From assembly GCA_041661045.1 (NCBI GenBank), contig JBAZVE010000001.1:810001-842000 (forward strand): a DNA stretch of 32,000 nucleotides, in the 5' to 3' direction. The notes beneath the pieces are model-generated. The model was not told where the DNA came from. It saw nothing but the letters and a program-made list of their open reading frames with translations, and did no database searches. Every line of letters starts with the position of its first letter. Within the stretch, counting starts at the first letter, position 1. The stretch comes from Candidatus Saccharimonadota bacterium. GTDB lineage: Bacteria > Patescibacteriota > Gracilibacteria > UBA1369 > 2-02-FULL-48-14. Position numbers and translations under genes: made by a program. Shown here in pieces: positions 24,049-30,297 of the stretch.

Positions 24049-24813
24049 ATGAGTCTCAATAAATCCTTAGAAAAAACCTTGTTGGAAGCGGGCCTGAGTG
24101 AAATGGAGGCCATGGTCTACCTGAGTTTGCTTAAAAAGCCGGCGGTCAGCACCTGGGATTTGGTGATTCGTACCGGGCTCTCCAAAAGTGGGGTGTATCG
24201 CACGGTGGAACAGCTCATGAACCGCAAATTGGTGGCTCGCGATAAAGAGGGCATTCGTGCACTTTCCCTCAAAGCCTTGGTGGCAGACCTCAGTGGCAAA
24301 GAACGAAAACTGCGAAAAACAGCGCTCGACCTCAAACAAATGGCGCCTTTTTTAAAGATGGGAAACGATGCGGTGGAACGATTTGAACCCCTGTACACAA
24401 AAGACCAAATCGATGAGGCGTTTATGTTTATGGCGGAGCATGAGTACGGGGTTTGCTTGGACTTTGGAGATTGTGAATCCTTGTTTCCTCGTATAGGTGG
24501 GGTGAAGGCCGGGCACAACTTCCGCGATGAACGGGTGAAACACGCAAAAAGTGAAGCGATTCTCACCACCTGGGGGGATTATTCCGAGTATTTTTCAAGG
24601 CTGGTGGACAAGGATCGATTCCAGTTTGAGATTAACTATTTGAATCTGGATTTTAAGGACAAATTCGTGGTTTTGAACGATGAGAGTGATTATGTTTTTT
24701 TCACCCGTGTTGAAGATGAGGAACTTCAGGCGTACTTGGTGAAATCTAAGTCGATTGCCGACATTCAGCGCGCCCAGTTCAAAGCTTTTTCCCAACAACT
24801 TGGGAATAGATAA
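24049..24813 (+). CDS. TrmB-like winged-helix transcriptional regulator with a C-terminal domain
   Basis: Start reassigned to ATG 24049 (MSLNKSLEKTLLEAGLSEMEAMVYLSLLK...TGLSKSGVYRTVEQLMNRKLV), which matches the TrmB N-terminal HTH pattern. Confidence 0.65.
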   Translation: MSLNKSLEKTLLEAGLSEMEAMVYLSLLKKPAVSTWDLVIRTGLSKSGVYRTVEQLMNRKLVARDKEGIRALSLKALVADLSGKERKLRKTALDLKQMAPFLKMGNDAVERFEPLYTKDQIDEAFMFMAEHEYGVCLDFGDCESLFPRIGGVKAGHNFRDERVKHAKSEAILTTWGDYSEYFSRLVDKDRFQFEINYLNLDFKDKFVVLNDESDYVFFTRVEDEELQAYLVKSKSIADIQRAQFKAFSQQLGNR

Positions 24814-24856
24814 CAGGTTTGTTGGGCGCTGATTGCTTTAAAACTTGCGGCTCTTT

Positions 24857-24886
24857 TTGCTTGTCTTATGATGGGGCCCATTAAAT
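24857..24886 (+). promoter_or_regulatory. Promoter TTGCTT-N18-TTAAAT placed 7 nt before ATG 24894
   Basis: TTGCTT at 24857-24862 and TTAAAT at 24881-24886. The track's ATG at 24885 lies inside the -10 hexamer. ATG 24894 gives MNTCHHC, which aligns with MQKTCKNC of the paralog. Confidence 0.4.
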
Positions 24887-24893
24887 GCATTCT

Positions 24894-26477
24894 ATGAATA
24901 CCTGTCACCACTGCTCTCAACCCTTTGAAATCACGGACAGCGACCGTGCGTTTTATCAAAAAGTAGAGGTTTCTGAACCGACGCACTGCCCGGCTTGCCG
25001 CCTGCAACGCCGACTTGCGTACCGCAACGAGTCGCATTTGTACCAGCGCACTTGTGACCTCTGCCAAAAGGGCGTTTTCTCGCTCTATGATATGGATGCA
25101 CCTTTCCCGGTTTACTGTACGGACTGCTGGTGGAGCGACCGCTGGGATCCGGAAGCGTATGGCCGGGATTACGATTTCAATCGGCCATTCTTTGAACAGT
25201 TTGCCGAGCTGCTCACGGTGGTGCCACAGGCGTGTACCCTTCAACTCAACAACGAAAATTCGGAGTTCAACTCGCTTATTGCCTATTCTAAAAATGCCTA
25301 CATGTGTGCGGGTAGTTATTTTATGGAAGATTCGTATTACTGTCGCAAAAGTCAGTACTGCCGTGACTGCATGCACAGCCACTTTTTGGATCACTGTGAG
25401 TTGGTGGCCTACAGCACAAATTGTAAAAACTGCTACAGCGCGCATCATTTGCTCAACTGCCGAAACTGCTCGGCTTCTGCGTATTTGGCCAACTGCAGCA
25501 ATTGTAAAAACTGCTTCATGTGCAGCGATCTTAATGAGAAAGAGTATCACTTTAAAAATCAAGCGGTTGGCAAAGAAGAATATGAGCGACTTCGAAAAGA
25601 ATACGCACAAAAAGATCCCAAGGCCGTGATGGAGGAATTCATGGCGTTCAATCAAAGCGTGCCCAAGCGGAATCTGAACTTATTGAATTGCGAGAATTCT
25701 ACGGGGGACTACCTCAGCAGTGCCAGCAACGCGGAGGTCTGTTTTGATTCTTTCGACATCCAAGATTCAAAATACTTAACGGAATGCGTCACGGTGAAAG
25801 ATTCCATGGATCTCACCTGCCACGACAAAGAGATCCAATTGTGCTACGAAATGGTGACGGGAGGGGAGAGCAATTACCAATCCAAGTTTGGCGTGTGCAG
25901 CTGTGCTGGGCCCAACAATTCCTACTGCCTCAGCACCTTTTATCTTTCCGATAGTTTTGGATGCATCAGTTTTCATTCCCGCAAACGCAATTGCATTCTC
26001 AACAAAGCCTATTCGCCTGAGCGCTATGCGGAGCTGAAGGCACGGATCGTGGAACACATGAAATCCACGGGGGAGTGGGGAGAATTTTTCCCCATTGCGA
26101 ATAGCACCTATGCGTACAACCAGACTTTGGCTCAGGTTTATTTCCCGCTCACCAAAGAGACTGCCCTGGCTCAAGGCTACCGCTGGAAAGAGGAAGTCGA
26201 GCGCGGAGATGGCCCCAGCGCTGCACTCCGTTGTGAAGCATGCAACAAGGCCTACCGCACGGTCCCGCAAGAGAAAAACTTGGCGGGGAAGATTGGAGTG
26301 GAGAGCTCTAGCAAATGCCTCGAGTGCATGGATCGGCACTTGCTCTCTTGGAAAAACCCTCGGGCCCTTTGGCCACGCAACTGTGATCTCTGCCATGCTT
26401 CCATGATGAGCAGTTACGCTCCCGGCAGACTGGAAAAAGTTTACTGTGGCTCGTGTTATTCACAAATGGTGTATTGA
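24894..26477 (+). CDS. Cys-rich zinc-ribbon repeat protein, paralog 2 (~527 aa)
   Basis: Colinear with 13012-14673. Shared blocks: DRAFY, CPxCR, DYDFNRPFFEQF, CILNKxYS, STGEWGEFFPI, and the terminal CGSCYSQMVY versus CESCYLQSVY. Confidence 0.7.
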   Translation: MNTCHHCSQPFEITDSDRAFYQKVEVSEPTHCPACRLQRRLAYRNESHLYQRTCDLCQKGVFSLYDMDAPFPVYCTDCWWSDRWDPEAYGRDYDFNRPFFEQFAELLTVVPQACTLQLNNENSEFNSLIAYSKNAYMCAGSYFMEDSYYCRKSQYCRDCMHSHFLDHCELVAYSTNCKNCYSAHHLLNCRNCSASAYLANCSNCKNCFMCSDLNEKEYHFKNQAVGKEEYERLRKEYAQKDPKAVMEEFMAFNQSVPKRNLNLLNCENSTGDYLSSASNAEVCFDSFDIQDSKYLTECVTVKDSMDLTCHDKEIQLCYEMVTGGESNYQSKFGVCSCAGPNNSYCLSTFYLSDSFGCISFHSRKRNCILNKAYSPERYAELKARIVEHMKSTGEWGEFFPIANSTYAYNQTLAQVYFPLTKETALAQGYRWKEEVERGDGPSAALRCEACNKAYRTVPQEKNLAGKIGVESSSKCLECMDRHLLSWKNPRALWPRNCDLCHASMMSSYAPGRLEKVYCGSCYSQMVY

Positions 26478-26504
26478 GGGGTTGCATTCAAGTATAATCT
26501 GAGC

Positions 26505-26675
26505 ATGATTTTTTATTTATGCGTGGGTCGCCTCACTCACCTTTTCCAGTTTTGGCATTTGGCTTGGGACCTTACTTTCGTATCTAGCGGTTTTCATTTT
26601 TGTTTGCTCATGGACATTTGTAGCACGAAGGCAAAAATAGTTAGGCCTAGCCTTCTTGTGAGTGTCGTGATATAA
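26505..26675 (+). CDS. Possible leaderless small hydrophobic protein (56 aa)
   Basis: TATAAT (26493-26498), N6, ATG 26505. It encodes MIFYLCVGRLTHLFQFWHLAWDLTFVSSGFHFCLLMDICSTKAKIVRPSLLVSVVI. The stop overlaps the TA-operon -10 hexamer. It is below the ORF-track cutoff. Confidence 0.25.
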   Translation: MIFYLCVGRLTHLFQFWHLAWDLTFVSSGFHFCLLMDICSTKAKIVRPSLLVSVVI

Positions 26676-26676
26676 T
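26668..26676 (+). promoter_or_regulatory. Extended -10 promoter TGaTATAAT for the toxin-antitoxin operon
   Basis: TGATATAAT at 26668-26676, 29 nt upstream of ATG 26706. Confidence 0.45.
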
Positions 26677-26705
26677 GAATTCAGATTTACTTACTTTCAT
26701 ACAAA

Positions 26706-26933
26706 ATGTCTAAAATCCTTCAAGCAACGAGCCGTGGGCAAGTGACGCTTCCCAAGGCGTGGAGAGATCAATACAAGACTCAGTACTTTGTTTCCGAAGT
26801 TCAAGGGGCTGCTTTGCTTATAAAGCCCTTGATGCAAGAAGATTTTGGAGACTCTGTAGAATCTGCTTGGGCTGACTATAAAAAAGGAAATTATGTCGCT
26901 AGCGAGGAGTTAATGAAAAAGTATGGATTATAA
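26706..26933 (+). CDS. AbrB/SpoVT-domain antitoxin (type II TA)
   Basis: 75 aa. The N-terminal GQVTLPKAWRDQY swapped-hairpin motif is present. It overlaps the downstream RelE-like gene by 11 nt. Confidence 0.7.
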   Translation: MSKILQATSRGQVTLPKAWRDQYKTQYFVSEVQGAALLIKPLMQEDFGDSVESAWADYKKGNYVASEELMKKYGL

Positions 26934-27207
26934 GGTTGTTTACACCAAGCGTTCACAGAAAGATTTGGATGGGTTGGACTATTCGTTGATTCAGCGCATC
27001 TTGAAAAAAGTGGATGAATTTTCTCGAATGAGCGATCCCTTAAAGATGGCTAGCAAACTCAAGGGTTTTGAAATCGATACCTATCGATTTAGGGTAGGGG
27101 ATTACAGAGTTGTCTTTCGATTAGACCCTCAAAGCTTCCAGTTGGTCGTCTTAGTTGTACTTCGGGTGAGGCACAGGAAAGATGTTTATAGAAATTTGAA
27201 GCAGTGA
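26923..27207 (+). CDS. RelE/ParE family toxin (type II TA)
   Basis: 94 aa. YRFRVGDYRVVFRLD...VLRVRHRKDVY is the classic RelE/ParE C-terminal pattern. Confidence 0.8.
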   Translation: MDYKVVYTKRSQKDLDGLDYSLIQRILKKVDEFSRMSDPLKMASKLKGFEIDTYRFRVGDYRVVFRLDPQSFQLVVLVVLRVRHRKDVYRNLKQ

Positions 27208-27245
27208 AGTAGCTCTCCAAGCTGGAGGCAATTAGCACTGCATGG

Positions 27246-28256
27246 CTATCTTTTCCTCATAGCCTTCAGCACTTTGAGGTACATGGCTTCCACGATTTTT
27301 TCCTGTGCTTTCCCGGTGGTCACATAGTGGTCGAGTCCGGGGGCGGCATTGATCTCAATAATATAATAGCCGTCTTTTTTTGGAGCTTCGGTAATTTCTC
27401 CTTCAGTCACCATGATGTCCACGCCGGCTATCCGGAGACCCATGTCTTTTGTCAGACGGATCGCGATTTTTTTGAATTTTGGATGGATGGTGGCTGTTAC
27501 ATCTTTTGATTCGCCGCCGGTGGAGAGGTTGGAGTTTGGGAGTAGAGTTATGCTTTCACCCTTGGCGAGCACGGTTCTCAAGTTTTTGTCCTTCGATTTC
27601 AACATTTTTAAGATGCGTGGATCGCGAAGGTTGATGCGCGTGTCTCGTTTTTTCTTTTTAAAAAGTTTCTGTTTAGCTACCAGCAGTTCACTAATATTTT
27701 TTTGTCCGTCTCCCGTTACTGAAAGCGCAACCCTTTCGTATGCAGAAATGATCTTGCCATCAAGCGTCACCACTCGGTAATCCCTTCCGGGCTTATACTC
27801 TTCCACAATAGCGACCCGATCATCTTCAAATGCGTCGTTCAGTGCGCGGAGCAATTCTTTTGAATTATGCACCAAGGTGACTCCGTGCCCCTGACTGGAA
27901 GAATTTGGTTTTACGATGAGGGGATATCCGATTTTTTTCGCATAGCTCAGGGCCGTTTTGGCCGTGTCTTTGCTTCCAATTACTTTTGCCCACCAAGGTT
28001 TAAAAAATTCTTTACCGTTGGCTACCGGGTAGCCCATTTTTTGCATAAAAAATTTCGCAAAGCCTTTGTCCTTTGCAATATCCGACGCGCCGACAGGATT
28101 GAGGTCCAGCGTATAGAAACGAAGATAGCGATTCACTCCATTGCTGTAACGGATTTGTGCCACAATCTTCCATTTCGGTTCAACAATGACTTTCGCGCCC
28201 ACTTTAGGAGCCAACTTTTGTATGAGCGCGGTTAGGTAGGGCGTTTCTTTTTTCAT
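27246..28256 (-). CDS. Stand-alone ATP-grasp ligase resembling the ATP-grasp (G) domain of cyanophycin synthetase
   Basis: 336 aa. ASDIAKDKGFAKFFMQKMGYPV, YPLIVKPNSSSQGHGV, NLSTGGESKDVTATIHPKF and GVDIMV...YIIEINAAPGLDHY follow the CphA ATP-grasp block order. No Mur-ligase-like domain is attached. Confidence 0.65.
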   Translation of the reverse strand: MKKETPYLTALIQKLAPKVGAKVIVEPKWKIVAQIRYSNGVNRYLRFYTLDLNPVGASDIAKDKGFAKFFMQKMGYPVANGKEFFKPWWAKVIGSKDTAKTALSYAKKIGYPLIVKPNSSSQGHGVTLVHNSKELLRALNDAFEDDRVAIVEEYKPGRDYRVVTLDGKIISAYERVALSVTGDGQKNISELLVAKQKLFKKKKRDTRINLRDPRILKMLKSKDKNLRTVLAKGESITLLPNSNLSTGGESKDVTATIHPKFKKIAIRLTKDMGLRIAGVDIMVTEGEITEAPKKDGYYIIEINAAPGLDHYVTTGKAQEKIVEAMYLKVLKAMRKR

Positions 28257-28399
28257 TCAACGAGTCAGGTAAGACCAGTAAACTCTATACATATCGTAGG
28301 GTTTTTGCACGGTGAAATGGAAGACTATTTTAAGGTCAACTATCCCAAAGCTCTGGAGCGAGTCAAAGTATTGGCTGAAAGAAAGAAATGATGGCTGCT

Positions 28400-28439
28400 G
28401 GCGTGCTGTAGTACCCTACAGCACGCCATTCTTTTGTTG
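28400..28439 (+). terminator. Orphan intrinsic terminator (perfect 12-bp stem, 4-nt loop, T-rich tail)
   Basis: GGCGTGCTGTAG-TACC-CTACAGCACGCC at 28400-28427, followed by ATTCTTTTGTTG. No annotated + strand gene lies upstream. Confidence 0.5.
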
Positions 28440-28502
28440 TAATTATTACTCGGTTCCCCCCCCCGTGGACTGTCACAAAGGTTACAGCAATTCTTATATT
28501 TA

Positions 28503-28736
28503 CTAGATATGAGGCGTGCTGCCGCGAGAGGCAAGCTCTCTCATTTTAGCTGCATCTTCCTCTTCGCCTTCTGGATTCACAAATACGGAAGGAATAGCCG
28601 TTTTAATATCTCCCCTTATGGTGATTCCGCTCATTGTAAAAAACTCTTCCGGACGAGTAGGACCCTCTATCGTTGGGTCTTTAGGTGTGGTTCCTTCGAT
28701 CTCAGCTCCTTCTGATTGTTTAGGTTCGTGTGTCAT
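28503..28736 (-). CDS. Hypothetical small acidic protein (77 aa)
   Basis: ORF starting 21 nt downstream of the InsA-like gene on the same strand. No motif recognised, so coding status is uncertain. Confidence 0.3.
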   Translation of the reverse strand: MTHEPKQSEGAEIEGTTPKDPTIEGPTRPEEFFTMSGITIRGDIKTAIPSVFVNPEGEEEDAAKMRELASRGSTPHI

Positions 28737-28757
28737 AATATTTTGGGTTAAAGATAG

Positions 28758-29072
28758 TTAATAAATTTCTGATTGAGTAAGATTTTCCCTGTGCGCCAGC
28801 CTTTCTTTCCACCGTTGGATGGTGCTGGGGCTGATGTTTAGGTACTGAGCCGCTTTGCGGATGCTGATGCCGTGTTCCATCAGTTGGACGCCCCGCTGGA
28901 TGACTTGTGGCTCCGACCTTAGCCCAAAGTAGATTCCATTTTTGTGAGCTACCCATGTTTTATTGCACATGGTGCACTTGAAACGCTTCTTTTTTTGGCT
29001 GTGAACCACCACACATGCTTGGGGGCACATTGCGTTGGGGCAGCTTTGATTTTGGATGCTTATAGTATTCAT
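28758..29072 (-). CDS. IS1 InsA-like zinc-ribbon plus HTH protein (solo, no transposase catalytic ORF nearby)
   Basis: 104 aa. CPNAMCP...FKCTMCNKTW zinc ribbon followed by the HTH GISIRKAAQYLNISPSTIQRW. This is the same architecture and KTW motif as IS1 InsA. Confidence 0.55.
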   Translation of the reverse strand: MNTISIQNQSCPNAMCPQACVVVHSQKKKRFKCTMCNKTWVAHKNGIYFGLRSEPQVIQRGVQLMEHGISIRKAAQYLNISPSTIQRWKERLAHRENLTQSEIY

Positions 29073-29082
29073 AAAATATTTG

Positions 29083-29106
29083 AAAAATCCCGCGGAGCTT
29101 GCGGGA
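29083..29106 (-). terminator. Hairpin plus T5 on the minus strand, between a 57-codon ORF and the InsA-like gene
   Basis: Minus strand reads TCCCGC-AAGCTCC-GCGGGA-TTTTT (stem 29088-29093 / 29101-29106). It ends 10 nt before the InsA-like ATG. Confidence 0.35.
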
Positions 29107-29133
29107 CTTAATGTTTTTAAATTTTACTTTAAA

Positions 29134-29307
29134 TTATTCCCGCGAGCTTGGTAGAAGCGCGAGAAGTAGGAGGGTGGAAACGTTTTGTTGACTGATGAAA
29201 TCCATAATTATTTTGAAAGCTAGCTCATCGTACCGGGTAACTTGACTAATGTCAATGATGGCGTGCTTGTAGCGTGTGGAGCTGACTACAGAAAAAGTTG
29301 CACTCAT
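29134..29307 (-). CDS. Possible small protein (57 aa), unannotated
   Basis: Minus-strand ATG at 29307, stop at 29134-29136. It encodes MSATFSVVSSTRYKHAIIDISQVTRYDELAFKIIMDFISQQNVSTLLLLALLPSSRE and is followed by the hairpin/T5. It is below the ORF-track cutoff. Confidence 0.25.
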   Translation of the reverse strand: MSATFSVVSSTRYKHAIIDISQVTRYDELAFKIIMDFISQQNVSTLLLLALLPSSRE

Positions 29308-29368
29308 GCCCAAGGATAAGAAGGATACGATATTGCCTTATTGTTGAAAATGTGGTTCTGTATCTTCC

Positions 29369-29374
29369 TATAAT
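29369..29374 (+). promoter_or_regulatory. -10 hexamer TATAAT, 16 nt upstream of ATG 29391
   Basis: Consensus TATAAT. The best -35 candidate (TTGAAA, 29344-29349) has a long 19-nt spacer. Confidence 0.35.
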
Positions 29375-29390
29375 CTTATGCCTTTGAGCC

Positions 29391-30263
29391 ATGGGGAGTT
29401 TAGATGGATTGGTGAGAACCTTTGATTGGAAGGCCTCCTTCCCTCGAGTAGTGGATATTCTTCGCTTAGATCCCGCTGAACAAGAGAGAGAGGCTCATCT
29501 ACAAACTTTAATTTCTGACCTTAGACAGAAGATTATTGTGATTGTTGGTCCGTATGGTGCCGGCAAATCGGTTTTAAGCTCAAAAATGGTTGGTCCACAT
29601 GTTGTTAAGGTTGGGGAATTTGCGGGTTATTTAAGGAAAAATCCATATTTTTTTGATTTGGATATTTTTAAGGGAAAAACCTTGGTCTGTGAGGCACATC
29701 CTGTCTTTTTGATGCTTGACTATAGGGGTGCACTTGGAATTGACCCTTATCTTATTGAACGGCCTTTTCTGGCGGATGATCTTGTAGGTGAAATCCTTAG
29801 AGAAGGGATGAAGGTGCCATTTGAAATGGTGCCCTCTTTTGTGGAGTTAATCGCAGGCAGTACAGAATCTATTTTTAGATTGGGTCATAGACTCAGTAGT
29901 ACTCGTTTTTCCTTGGACTATGATGAGCAAGAACATGGCCTCAGTCAGGGTTTGGTTTCTAGCTTGCGTATAGATAGTAATTTTATTCCTAAAAGCGTTG
30001 CTAATTATGATACCCAGCATAAGGCGGGGGCTTTTTTGCGACGAGTTCATTTTGGTGAGGCAACTCCGGAAGAAATTGCTGAGCATTTGCCTCTAATGGT
30101 TCGGATGGGGTTTGTGGTTGAGAATGATTCCGGTGTTCGCTTGCGCTCACCGTTGATTCGATCCTTGTTCGACAGTAATGGCCAATCGGCTTATGTACAT
30201 CCATTGTCCTCTGACTCAGAGGCCTCTGGGGGGGGAGATACGGTGGTCTATGTCCATGTCTAG
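29391..30263 (+). CDS. P-loop NTPase with a possible C-terminal winged-helix region
   Basis: 290 aa. Walker A IVIVGPYGAGKSV. The C-terminal EEIAEHLPLMVRMGFVVENDSGVRLRSPLIRSLF looks like a wHTH. A G8 tract at 30228-30235 lies near the 3' end. Confidence 0.5.
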   Translation: MGSLDGLVRTFDWKASFPRVVDILRLDPAEQEREAHLQTLISDLRQKIIVIVGPYGAGKSVLSSKMVGPHVVKVGEFAGYLRKNPYFFDLDIFKGKTLVCEAHPVFLMLDYRGALGIDPYLIERPFLADDLVGEILREGMKVPFEMVPSFVELIAGSTESIFRLGHRLSSTRFSLDYDEQEHGLSQGLVSSLRIDSNFIPKSVANYDTQHKAGAFLRRVHFGEATPEEIAEHLPLMVRMGFVVENDSGVRLRSPLIRSLFDSNGQSAYVHPLSSDSEASGGGDTVVYVHV

Positions 30264-30297
30264 TACTTTGCTTTCTTCATGAACTCAAAGACTTGTC

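Noticed and set aside
24765-25655. 296-aa minus-strand ORF (and 25776-26396, 206 aa) antisense to Cys-rich paralog 2
   Set aside because: The plus-strand frame is validated by full-length colinearity with the paralog at 13012-14673. The antisense products are Arg/Ala/Val-rich shadows of Cys/Asn-rich codons.
28312-28506. 64-aa plus-strand ORF (and 28340-28534 on the minus strand) in the ATP-grasp/InsA intergenic region
   Set aside because: It reads straight through a perfect 12-bp terminator hairpin and a C9 tract. The translation is Cys/Tyr/Trp-rich with no features. It starts at GTG with no promoter pattern.
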